The translations under genes and the position numbers were made by a program. Below the pieces are notes generated by a model. The model had not been told where the DNA came from and ran no database searches. It was given only the letters and a program-made list of their open reading frames with translations. From Gemmatimonadaceae bacterium (GTDB lineage: Bacteria; Gemmatimonadota; Gemmatimonadetes; Gemmatimonadales; Gemmatimonadaceae): a stretch of DNA of 64,000 bases. The stretch is from NCBI GenBank assembly GCA_051859245.1, contig JBHYGA010000001.1, forward strand, positions 576,001 through 640,000, written 5' to 3'. Shown here piece by piece: positions 19,565-28,152 of the stretch. Each line of letters begins with the position of its first letter. The stretch's first letter is position 1.

Positions 19565-19580
19565 CGGCCCGACCTTTGCA
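19565..19580 (+). promoter_or_regulatory. Putative sigma-54 (-24/-12) promoter
   Basis: CGGCCCGACCTTTGCA fits TGGCACG-N4-TTGCW with exact GG-N10-GC spacing, about 108 nt upstream of the KGG gene. Confidence 0.6.
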
Positions 19581-19687
19581 TAGTCCATGACGCTGTGTGA
19601 CAAAAAGCGACGGCGGGCAGGGGTCTCCCTCGCCTGAAAATCCGCTGCCGACGAGGGCAGCATCACTGCGAACCGTAAGGAGACTTC

Positions 19688-20113
19688 ATGCCCGGGAAGA
19701 GCAAGCGAGGCTTCGCGTCCATGGACAGAGCCCGGCAGCGCGAAATCGCGGCCAAAGGCGGGCGTGCTGCGCACGCCAAAGGCACGGCGCACGTCTGGTC
19801 GGTAGAGGAGGCGCGCGAAGCGGGGCGAAAGGGTGGAGAGATGATCAGTCAGGACCGCTCGCATATGTCGCTGATTGGTCGCGAAGGCGGAGAATCACGC
19901 AGCGCGGCTGTTCGCGCGGCACGTATTCGTCGCATGAAGGAAACTGCCGCCAAGCGCGCTGGCGTACGCGCCATCGCGGTGGACCGGGAAGTGGAGATCG
20001 ATACATCGCGCGAAGGACTGCGCCTGCAGGACGTTGCCGCAACGCGGTCGAGCGGCAGCAGTGTATCGCTAGACCACGTGCGCCCATCGCTCGAGCAGCG
20101 CGACATGGCGTGA
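19688..20113 (+). CDS. KGG-repeat general stress protein (YciG/Con-10-like)
   Basis: RGFASMD..QREIAAKGG..EEAREAGRKGG; strong RBS taaggag. Confidence 0.88.
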   Translation: MPGKSKRGFASMDRARQREIAAKGGRAAHAKGTAHVWSVEEAREAGRKGGEMISQDRSHMSLIGREGGESRSAAVRAARIRRMKETAAKRAGVRAIAVDREVEIDTSREGLRLQDVAATRSSGSSVSLDHVRPSLEQRDMA

Positions 20114-21070
20114 TGGATCGATGTTGCGCCCGCTGACAATCGCCACGATGGGCCCGTCCCCGAGCGACTTGTCAGCGCGCGCTGCATCGCGCAACGCGGC
20201 CACGGTTACACTGCCGGCGCCTTCGACCATCAGCTGTTCGTGCTGATGTAACCACGCAATGCTCTCGCCGATCATCTCCTCTTCAAGCGCGATGATCTGA
20301 TCGAGACAGCGCTGTCCAATGTGCAGCGCGTCGTCGTCAATCTGCCCCGCCAGTCCGTCGGCGAGTGTGCGTTCAGACGCGATCTCCACCACATGTCCCG
20401 CGGCGACCGATTTTGCCATCGCGGCGGTGCGCACACTTTGCGCACCCACAATGCGCACCTCTGGTCGCAGTTCACGCAGCACTGCGCCGACGCCACCCAG
20501 CAATCCGCCGCCGCCTACGCACACCATCACCGTGCGCACGTCCGGACGCTGCTCAAGAATCTCCAGCGCCACCGTGCCTTGTCCGGCCAGGAGATCTTCT
20601 CCAAGACAGGGATTGATGAACAGCACGTCTTCACGGACCGCATGGGCTTTCGCAAGCACCATCGCGTGATCGTAGTCGTCTGCTGAATCGTCTACGGTTG
20701 CTCCAAGCGCCGCGATACCGTCTTTCTTGACCTGCGGCGCGTCTTTGGGCACGTAGAGCGTGGCTGGCGCGCCAAAGTGATGGGCGGCCCACGCGACGCC
20801 CAGCCCATGATTGCCTGCGCTCGACGCGACCACGCCGCGTGCGCGCTCTGCAGCGGACAGCCGATGCAATACGGTGTACGCACCGCGCACCTTGAATGAA
20901 CCGGTGCGCTGCTCGGTCTCCAGCTTGAGCCACACGGGGACGTGCATCAGGTCGCTCAACGCGGCACTGTAGCGCAATGGCGTTGGCGAAAATTCATGCG
21001 AGAGTGCCTCGGCCGCTCGCTGAACCGACGCGAGCGTGGGCAGGACACCTGGAAGCAGAGATTCCGTCAT
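20069..21070 (-). CDS. Threonine/serine dehydratase-family PLP enzyme (no ACT domain)
   Basis: LKLE..QRTGSFKVRGA, SAGNH, GQGT, VGGGGL, TLADG, SGRN. Confidence 0.9.
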   Translation of the reverse strand: MTESLLPGVLPTLASVQRAAEALSHEFSPTPLRYSAALSDLMHVPVWLKLETEQRTGSFKVRGAYTVLHRLSAAERARGVVASSAGNHGLGVAWAAHHFGAPATLYVPKDAPQVKKDGIAALGATVDDSADDYDHAMVLAKAHAVREDVLFINPCLGEDLLAGQGTVALEILEQRPDVRTVMVCVGGGGLLGGVGAVLRELRPEVRIVGAQSVRTAAMAKSVAAGHVVEIASERTLADGLAGQIDDDALHIGQRCLDQIIALEEEMIGESIAWLHQHEQLMVEGAGSVTVAALRDAARADKSLGDGPIVAIVSGRNIDPSRHVALLERWAHVV

Positions 21071-22527
21071 GCCAAAGAACTTACATCGCTCCATTTCCGA
21101 ACGTATCGCCCGACGTCGAACTTCTTGACGGCCCGCGAGGTGAGCATCGGCCGCAGTCCGCCCCAGATCGGCTTGTTGCCCCACGAGCGGTCCCACAGGC
21201 CGAGACACCACATGATCCCGCCCACGCTATTCGGATCACGTCCATCGAGCGCGTAGCGATCGTTGAGGTGGAACATCCACGCGCGAGCGTCTTCGTACGT
21301 GGGCGCCCAGCGCAGGATCTGCTTGCCCCACAACATGCGCGCGTAGTTGTGTATCACACCGCTGCGCACGAGCTGTCGCTGCGCGGCGTTCCAGAGCGGA
21401 TCACCGGTGCGTGCGTTGTCCAGTTCTTCCAGCGTGTACTGTTCCGGACGCACGTCGGCTTCGTGTGCACGCATGGTGCGCTGAATCCAGTCCGGCAACG
21501 ACGCGAGTTGGTCGAAGTTCGGTGTGTGGATGCACCAGTTGTAACTCAGTTCGCGCCACGTGAGCACCTGATCCACGAACGCGTACACATCGCCTGCCGG
21601 CGCACCGCTCGCGAGTGCGGCGCGCACAACTTCGGCGGCGGCGATGTGTCCGTAGTGCAGATCCGGCGAGAGATGACTGGTGAAGTCGTCAGCCGCTTCG
21701 TTACGGCGCTCGTTGTAGTGCGGCAGTCGTTCGTGAATGAACGTGCGCAAGCGATCCGCCGCGGCCGCCGCACCAGGACGAAAGCGGTGAACTGGTGCGA
21801 CGGTATGATCGATCTCGCAGTCGTTCACCGCGTGTGCGATGTCATCGCCACTCATCTGTGCGAGTGCGAGCGTATCAACGCGTCGCGCGTTGTCGACCAG
21901 TGCGCGCACGGTCGCCGACAGCGCAGTGCGCGGTGCGCGCTCTTCCACCGGTTCAAGCGACAGATCCCGAAGTTTGGCCAACTTGGGGCGAATCGTGCGC
22001 GCCGCCCACTCCGCCTTTTGCAGCACACCCGACGGCACAATGCACGCGCTGTCAACTGCCAGCACTCGACAGCCTACGCGCTCCGCAAGCCGTCGCGTGC
22101 GATCATCGACACCCGCCGTTGGAAAGCGATCGGTGACCACCAGAAATGCGTGCTCCGCCAACCGGTCGACCACGCGTCGGTCGTCATCGCGCTGGCGCCG
22201 CAGCACAAACTGATACGACAGCCCCGCGTGTTCGGCGCGCACGGCGGTCTCGCGTGCGGCGTGCAGGATGTGGTGCGTGTGGCGATCGCTCGCGTGCGGA
22301 TACGTGGGATCGAGCCCCTGATGAATCACGAGGGGCTTGTTGACCTTGTCGGCGGCGCGAATGGCGGCCCGCAGCGCCCAGTTTTCATGGAGCCGCTGCG
22401 TGCTTTGCATCCAGTAAAGCACGTACTCGCCGTCGGGCAGCGTGCGTTTGCCGTTCATGTCGGTAGTGCGCGGCACGAGCTGGTCGCGAACAAAATCTGA
22501 ATCGAGCGCGTGCAAGGGAGCAGTCAT
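21067..22527 (-). CDS. Class II CPD photolyase
   Basis: VLYWMQ..QRLHENWAL, SHLSPDLHYGHI, HNYARMLWGKQIL, NDRYALDGRDPN, IWGGLRPM. Confidence 0.9.
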   Translation of the reverse strand: MTAPLHALDSDFVRDQLVPRTTDMNGKRTLPDGEYVLYWMQSTQRLHENWALRAAIRAADKVNKPLVIHQGLDPTYPHASDRHTHHILHAARETAVRAEHAGLSYQFVLRRQRDDDRRVVDRLAEHAFLVVTDRFPTAGVDDRTRRLAERVGCRVLAVDSACIVPSGVLQKAEWAARTIRPKLAKLRDLSLEPVEERAPRTALSATVRALVDNARRVDTLALAQMSGDDIAHAVNDCEIDHTVAPVHRFRPGAAAAADRLRTFIHERLPHYNERRNEAADDFTSHLSPDLHYGHIAAAEVVRAALASGAPAGDVYAFVDQVLTWRELSYNWCIHTPNFDQLASLPDWIQRTMRAHEADVRPEQYTLEELDNARTGDPLWNAAQRQLVRSGVIHNYARMLWGKQILRWAPTYEDARAWMFHLNDRYALDGRDPNSVGGIMWCLGLWDRSWGNKPIWGGLRPMLTSRAVKKFDVGRYVRKWSDVSSLA

Positions 22528-22638
22528 GGTGGCGGAGCAACGTGGGGCGCGCGGCGGCGGTTCCGGGTGAGGCCGGCGGCGCGACGCAAAACGGTTATGC
22601 CAGAGTTGTGACGTTTTTCGTAGCCGCGAGTCCTTGGC

Positions 22639-22666
22639 TTGACAGGACGGTAGCGGAGACTAGGTT
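22639..22666 (+). promoter_or_regulatory. Putative sigma-70 promoter for tRNA-Ala
   Basis: TTGACA-N16-TAGGTT. Confidence 0.55.
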
Positions 22667-22681
22667 GATCTGATCCGAGCG

Positions 22682-22710
22682 ACCCGCGCCAACGGTGCGG
22701 GTTTTGTTTT
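22682..22710 (+). terminator. Intrinsic-terminator-like hairpin upstream of tRNA-Ala
   Basis: acccgcgcc-aac-ggtgcgggt followed by tttgtttt. Confidence 0.5.
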
Positions 22711-22754
22711 GGACGGCGTTCCGCGCCGGAAAGCACCTCGGTGCTTCGCCAAGC

Positions 22755-22827
22755 GGGGCTGTAGCTCAGCTGGGAGAGCGCTGCATTCGCATTGCAGAGG
22801 TCAGGGGTTCGAGCCCCCTCAGCTCCA
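22755..22827 (+). tRNA. tRNA-Ala (anticodon CGC), CCA not encoded
   Basis: GGGGCTG acceptor stem with G3:U70; anticodon arm ctgca-ttcgcat-tgcag; T-arm ggttcgag. Confidence 0.97.
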
Positions 22828-23018
22828 TCACGATTTGTTTGTTGCAGAAACGATGCATGGAACCCGTGGCGAACGCCCGGGTATCATGAGAAAATACGCA
22901 GGGCAGCCCGCCGTCGTCCGGTAGGACGGAGAGTTCCAATGGCGATGTGTGAGGCACCTGCCGCGACCTTATGACGATGAGGATCGCGAAGGTGAGATTC
23001 GACGGAATCCACCGCGTC

Positions 23019-23050
23019 CGCCGCAGCCTGAAGGCTGCGGCGATTTCGTT
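23019..23050. terminator. Hairpin between tRNA-Ala and the convergent gene
   Basis: cgccgcagcc-tgaa-ggctgcggcg followed by atttcgttt. Confidence 0.5.
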
Positions 23051-23107
23051 TCCGGCCACTTTTCGGCCAGATCTCGTGCCGGCAGTCCCCGTTCCGGGCA
23101 AGGCGCG

Positions 23108-24424
23108 CTAGCGAGAAGCCGGCAGCGCGCCAAGGTCCTGGCGCATTGCCTGCATGGCCCCCGCTATGAACTGTGCCTCCTGCATTTCCACGCGCCCGGC
23201 AAAGTCATCCATGGCGGTAAAGCCAAGATTCCCGAGCCAGCGCACGACGGCACTTTCTCGCACGGCAACCTCCGTGCTGCGGTGAATGACCGACTGGCCA
23301 TTGGGCAGGCGTCGAATCGACAGCCGGGCGTGAACACCACTGCCTTCAAACGGCCGGTTGAGCGGTGATCGCACCAATCGTCCGGCGATGGGCGGAAGAT
23401 CCCAGTCTGGCGCGTTGCTGAAGCGAAAGTCCCAGCCGCGCTCGTTGGCGCCTTGCAAAAACACAAAGCGTCCGCGCATGTCGCGCACGCCCACTGTAAA
23501 CGGGCCAAACTTTGCGGACGCGTCCACATGAATCGCGAGTGTATCCGGTCGATCGCGAAGCGGACCTTCCAAAGGTTGCAGCGCGCCGTTGCGGGATCGG
23601 AAACGCAACGTCACCAGATCGTGCTTCCCTTCCGCCACAAACCACGTGTCATTCGCGTGCACGCCCGTGACCGCCTCGTCGCGCAGCGTATAGCGGTACC
23701 GCGCTGGTGACACATACTTGTGCAGGAACTTCGCAAAGTCGGGGTACGTCGCGGCAATACGATCCGGGTGCAGCTGAATGCCAAGCGACACAACGGTTGA
23801 CCCGTCAGCGAGGCGTGTCGTGCGAACGGAGTCGAGTGTGGCGAGCTGCGCAAACGCGGCGCTGGTGCGTGGCATCGTGCGGCGATAATCCGCGCGAATC
23901 GCGTCAGCTGATCGTTCGCCTGAGCGCAGCAGTGCGGTGAACACTTCCGCAATGTCGTGCGGCAACGCGGAACCAATGGCCTGATCAACCTGCGTGCGCC
24001 AACGTCGGTCGCCGCCTGGCAATGTGTCCAGCGCAATGAAATGGCGTGAATCGCCTACCGCTGACGGCATCGGGACGACGTCACGCGCCGCAAACTGATA
24101 TTTGCCGTCAATCAACCGACCAGCGGCTGACAACTCACGTGTTGCACCAACGCGCCGTGTCCAGATGGTGTCGCCTTCAACCTTGCTCGGTGCCAGCGCG
24201 TAGCGCGCAATGCGCATGCGCGCGTAACCGTAACGTGCGTCACGCACAGGCTGCTCAAAGCGGTGCTGTACGCTGGCTGCCACCTGACCAGCTTTTGTGC
24301 GCGCCGCTGTCGGATCAGTGGCGTATGCACTGACGGCGCTCTCGCAGGACGCGCTGAACAACGCGCACACCGCAATCGTGAGCGCACGGCCGGCACGCGT
24401 GTGGTATTCATAGGGAGTAGTCAC
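23108..24424 (-). CDS. Hypothetical lipoprotein
   Basis: 438-aa ORF; hydrophobic leader ending FSASC; no recognised motif. Confidence 0.7.
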   Translation of the reverse strand: MTTPYEYHTRAGRALTIAVCALFSASCESAVSAYATDPTAARTKAGQVAASVQHRFEQPVRDARYGYARMRIARYALAPSKVEGDTIWTRRVGATRELSAAGRLIDGKYQFAARDVVPMPSAVGDSRHFIALDTLPGGDRRWRTQVDQAIGSALPHDIAEVFTALLRSGERSADAIRADYRRTMPRTSAAFAQLATLDSVRTTRLADGSTVVSLGIQLHPDRIAATYPDFAKFLHKYVSPARYRYTLRDEAVTGVHANDTWFVAEGKHDLVTLRFRSRNGALQPLEGPLRDRPDTLAIHVDASAKFGPFTVGVRDMRGRFVFLQGANERGWDFRFSNAPDWDLPPIAGRLVRSPLNRPFEGSGVHARLSIRRLPNGQSVIHRSTEVAVRESAVVRWLGNLGFTAMDDFAGRVEMQEAQFIAGAMQAMRQDLGALPASR

Positions 24425-24533
24425 GGCTACATTCTACCCCAGTGCTACCGCGACGGGTTCAGTGCGTGCCGCCGTGTCCCAGCCTGCCTCGTCTCGGTCC
24501 GCCGTTCGCCGGCCTCCATATCCACGAGAGTTC

Positions 24534-26444
24534 ATGCCCGGATCTGACATCGCTCGGCTGCAGCTGCTCGAAGCCGCCATAGAAACCACGGGTTCTGTGG
24601 TGCTGGCCCTTCGTCCCGACCACACGATTTTTTTCTGGAACCGTGAAGCGGAGTTGTTGTACGGGCTGACCCGCGACGAAGCGTACGGCAAAGACTATGT
24701 CGCAACGTTTATCGCGCCGGAGCAGCGCGACGCGATCGCCGCGGACATTCGGAAAGTGCTGGCCGGCGAGCCGACGTGGAATTTTGAAGACGACTCGCTT
24801 CTCGCTGACGGACGTCGTGTCACGCTGGTGTGGAATGTGCGCCGTGTGGTGGGCGATGATGGTGTGCCGTTCGGCATCGTGGCCGCGGGCTTCGATGTAA
24901 CGGCGAGAAAAGAGGCGGAACTCAAGTTCCGGTTGGTGTGGGATCAGTCGACGGAAGGACTGCTGATTGGTGGTGGCCCCGGCATTGTGGATTGCAATCC
25001 GGCGGCGCTGCAAATGCTCGGTCTCACGGATCGTTCGCAACTGATTGGGCGTCATCCGATGGAGTTCTCGCCTGAGCTGCAGCCTGATGGCGTGCCCTCG
25101 CGCACCAAAGCGCGTGCCATGGATTCACTCACGGCGAAGCGCGGCGAACTGCGCTTTGATTGGATGCATGAACGGCTGGACGGCACGCCCGTTCCCACAT
25201 CCGTGCACGTGCGACGCGCTGTGCTGAACGGTCGGATGGTGACCGTCATTGCATGGATTGATCGCACGGAACAGCACGCCATGGAACAGCGGGAAGCGGC
25301 GCTCAACGCGCGCATGCTGCGCGGACAAAAACTTGATGCGCTTGGTCATCTCGCGGGCGGCATTGCGCACGACTTCAACAACCTCTTGTCGGCCATTCGC
25401 GGCAGTCTGGAGTTGGCACAGCTCGATGTGCCCGCAAGCTCGCCTGCGTCCGCTGAACTGGCCGTGGCGCTCGACACCACGGTGCACGCCGCCAGTCTGG
25501 TTCGACAACTGCTCACGTTCGGTCGACATGGTGAGACAACACGTACAACGATCGATTTGCGCGATCACGTGTTGCAGTCCGAGCGTTTGCTGCGGCGACT
25601 GTTGCGCGCGGACACCACGCTCACGCTGGAGCTCGCGCCGAACGCGCTGTACGTCTCTGGAGATAAGAGTCAACTGGAGCAGGTGCTGGTAAACCTGGTC
25701 GTGAACGCGCGTGACGCGGTCAGTGAAGGTGGCACCATTGTGATTCGTCTTTCACGTGGCGGCGGCGACAACGCGCCGTTCGCGCGGCTCGAGGTGAGTG
25801 ACAACGGCCCTGGCATGCCGGCAGAGGTACTGGATCGTGTGTTCGATCCGTTTTTTACGACCAAGCCGGTGGGCGCCGGAACCGGTCTCGGCTTGAGTGT
25901 GGTGTACGGCGTGGTCTCGGCGCACGACGGCCTTGTGCACATTGATAGTACGATCGGGCAGGGCACGACCGTGCGCGTGGACCTGCCGTTGTGCGCGGAG
26001 CCCGCGCCGCTTGTCGAACGCGCCCAAGAGGTCGATGCATCAGCAGCGGCCGAGCAGCAGCGTACAACACACGGTGAACTGGTGTTGTTGGTGGAAGACG
26101 AGGCCGCCGTGCGTCGCACCGTGCAGCGTTTGCTGGAGCACGCGGGCTACACGGTGATTGCGGCAACGCATGGTGCGGAAGCCCTCACCATGTGGCACGC
26201 TCGTTCGGCCGATGTACGCGTGGTGTTGAGCGACGTCCGCATGCCTGTGATGAGCGGACCGGAGTTTGTGCGGCAGCTTCGGGTGGCCGGATCGCGGCTG
26301 CCCGTGGTGCTCATGTCGGGCTTTGCCGATGCGGAGCTGACGCGCTCGTTGCCGCCGGGCGTTCGCGAACTCTTGCAGAAGCCGTTTGCAACCGCCGAGC
26401 TGTTTCGAGCGGTTCGAGAAGCCCTCGCTGCTCGAAGCGAATGA
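24534..26444 (+). CDS. Hybrid sensor histidine kinase (PAS-PAS-HisKA-HATPase-REC)
   Basis: WNREAELLYG and CNPAALQMLG PAS starts; AGGIAHDFNNLL; NLVVNARDA; FDPFFTTKPVGAGTGLGLS; REC with VEDE, SDVRMP and KPF. Confidence 0.95.
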   Translation: MPGSDIARLQLLEAAIETTGSVVLALRPDHTIFFWNREAELLYGLTRDEAYGKDYVATFIAPEQRDAIAADIRKVLAGEPTWNFEDDSLLADGRRVTLVWNVRRVVGDDGVPFGIVAAGFDVTARKEAELKFRLVWDQSTEGLLIGGGPGIVDCNPAALQMLGLTDRSQLIGRHPMEFSPELQPDGVPSRTKARAMDSLTAKRGELRFDWMHERLDGTPVPTSVHVRRAVLNGRMVTVIAWIDRTEQHAMEQREAALNARMLRGQKLDALGHLAGGIAHDFNNLLSAIRGSLELAQLDVPASSPASAELAVALDTTVHAASLVRQLLTFGRHGETTRTTIDLRDHVLQSERLLRRLLRADTTLTLELAPNALYVSGDKSQLEQVLVNLVVNARDAVSEGGTIVIRLSRGGGDNAPFARLEVSDNGPGMPAEVLDRVFDPFFTTKPVGAGTGLGLSVVYGVVSAHDGLVHIDSTIGQGTTVRVDLPLCAEPAPLVERAQEVDASAAAEQQRTTHGELVLLVEDEAAVRRTVQRLLEHAGYTVIAATHGAEALTMWHARSADVRVVLSDVRMPVMSGPEFVRQLRVAGSRLPVVLMSGFADAELTRSLPPGVRELLQKPFATAELFRAVREALAARSE

Positions 26445-26448
26445 GGGG

Positions 26449-26478
26449 TTGCAGAGGGCGGGCGGAGGTGGATATGAT
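26449..26478 (+). promoter_or_regulatory. Putative sigma-70 promoter for tRNA-Gln
   Basis: TTGCAG-N18-TATGAT about 40 nt upstream of the tRNA. Confidence 0.45.
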
Positions 26479-26518
26479 TCGGGGTCTGCTCCGGGGCGCT
26501 GTGCCGGTGCAAACACGC

Positions 26519-26591
26519 TGCCCCTTGGTGTAACTGGCAACACGCCTCACTCTGGATGAGGAGAGTCTAGGTTCGAGCCCTAGAGGGGCAA
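26519..26591 (+). tRNA. tRNA-Gln (anticodon CTG), CCA not encoded
   Basis: tgcccct/aggggca acceptor stem; anticodon arm cctca-ctctgga-tgagg; T-arm ctagg-ttcgagc-cctag. Confidence 0.96.
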
Positions 26592-26623
26592 CTTAGCAGC
26601 GTTTCTAAAAGATCAGCTTCAAG

Positions 26624-26658
26624 AACGGGCGCCCTCGCAAGGGTGCCCGTTTTGTTTT
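26624..26658 (+). terminator. Rho-independent terminator after tRNA-Gln
   Basis: aacgggcgccct-cgca-agggtgcccgtt followed by ttgtttt. Confidence 0.85.
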
Positions 26659-26705
26659 GCGGTTCACTGACGTGCGGGTCGGCGCAAGTCTCGATGAGCG
26701 CTGAA

Positions 26706-26758
26706 TACGTCATGAAACCGCCAGAGGTACGTCGAAGTGGAATCGGGCGTACGTCGAA
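26706..26758 (+). promoter_or_regulatory. Three TACGTC direct repeats at 22-bp period (candidate activator boxes)
   Basis: TACGTC at 26706, 26728 and 26750; the last two extend to an exact 10-mer, GTACGTCGAA. Confidence 0.6.
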
Positions 26759-26845
26759 CAACGGATGGGGACGAGGATCCGGCACCGCGATGATGGAGGC
26801 GCGCGGAAGAGCCGCGCGATTCTCACTCACCGTTGGAGGTGTGCC

Positions 26846-28114
26846 ATGTCGTTCCGTTCTCGCGCCTTTGCCCTCGCCGCTGTGTCGTCGTTTGCCGTTG
26901 GCTGCTCGGACTCGCCCGCGCCGGCTGAGCCAATCGCTGCGCCAAGGGCCAGCGCCGCACCGGCTCCTGCCGGGCTCTTTCACCGCTTCGTGTCCATCGG
27001 GACCAGCATCAGCATGGGCTGGCAGTCTGATGGTGTGGTTGGAAGCGGCCAGGCGGAGTCGTGGACCGTGCAACTCGCAGCGCTCGCGGGTCGTGATCAG
27101 ACCCAGCCACGGCTTCAGGAAACGGGATGTAAAGCGCCCCTCATGGCGCCGCTTGCACTCGGGATACGCACGAGTGGTGAAGGAGCCGCGGTGGCCGACG
27201 CAGCCGCTGCGTGTTCTGCGCTCGAGCCCGGCGTGACACTGCCTGCGCAAAGCGTGGCGATTGCTTCGGCAACAACGGCCGACGCGCTCAACACCACGCC
27301 CGAATCGAACACGCACCCGTTGTTCAGCCGGTTGTATTCGCGCGTGTTGCCATCAGGCACGACGCAGCTTCAGGCCGCACTCGCGCAGAAGCCCAAGTTC
27401 ATTTCGGTTGAGCTTGGCGGTAATGAAGTGCTGAACGCCCGGTCTGGTATCGCCATTCCCGGTGTGACCATTACGCCGTACGCCGTGTGGGCGCAGCAGT
27501 ACGAAACACTCATCGCCCAGGTGGCTGCTGAAGTCGATCGCGGTGTGTTGATGGGACTGATCAACGACGCCGCAGATTTTCCGGGATTCCGCCGTGGCGC
27601 AGAGATCTGGAATGATCGCCTCCGAATGGGCGCCTTGCATGTTGCGGTGGATCAGAACTGTGCGAACAGTCAGAACCTGATCTTTGTCCCGGTGCGTGTA
27701 CCAACGGCCGTTGCCATGGGCGCAGCGTCAAAGGCAAATCAAGGGCCGATGGTCCCCTTCACCTGCGCCGACTTTGGCCTTGGCGTGCAGGACTTCGTAC
27801 TGACGCCTGGCGACGTCACGCTCGTGAACACGCAGCTGGCGCAGATGAATGCATTCATCGCCGCGAAAGCCGAGCAGATTGGCTTTGCCTACGTTCCTCT
27901 CGAAGCGTTGTACGGCCGCGCCGATCTCAAGCCGGATTTCAACGCGATTGCACTGATGACGGGAACGCAGCCGTACGGTCCGTACATCAGTCTCGATGGC
28001 ATTCATCCCAATGGTGCCGGTCACACGGTACTCGCGGGCGCTGCGGCTAGCGCGATTAACGCCCGCTACGGGTTGGCGATTCCGAAGTCGCGCGCGTGGA
28101 TGGCGTTTCGCTGA
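26846..28114 (+). CDS. SGNH/GDSL hydrolase-family lipoprotein
   Basis: RBS ggaggt; lipobox AVGC; block I SIGTSIS, block III LGGNE, block V DGIHP. Confidence 0.85.
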   Translation: MSFRSRAFALAAVSSFAVGCSDSPAPAEPIAAPRASAAPAPAGLFHRFVSIGTSISMGWQSDGVVGSGQAESWTVQLAALAGRDQTQPRLQETGCKAPLMAPLALGIRTSGEGAAVADAAAACSALEPGVTLPAQSVAIASATTADALNTTPESNTHPLFSRLYSRVLPSGTTQLQAALAQKPKFISVELGGNEVLNARSGIAIPGVTITPYAVWAQQYETLIAQVAAEVDRGVLMGLINDAADFPGFRRGAEIWNDRLRMGALHVAVDQNCANSQNLIFVPVRVPTAVAMGAASKANQGPMVPFTCADFGLGVQDFVLTPGDVTLVNTQLAQMNAFIAAKAEQIGFAYVPLEALYGRADLKPDFNAIALMTGTQPYGPYISLDGIHPNGAGHTVLAGAAASAINARYGLAIPKSRAWMAFR

Positions 28115-28152
28115 ACATCAGTAGTGCGGTGGTCACATCGTTACGTCACGAT

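Noticed and set aside
20977..22500. 507-aa + strand ORF
   Set aside because: Antisense shadow of the photolyase in GC-rich DNA; no motifs. The same applies to 30463-31824, 58472-59743 and 37718-38863.
22995..23006. tmRNA-like GATTCGACGG motif
   Set aside because: No Ala-type acceptor stem, T-arm or tag reading frame around it.
22755..26591. tRNA-anchored genomic island or prophage
   Set aside because: No integrase, no duplicated tRNA 3' end noticed, no obvious composition shift.
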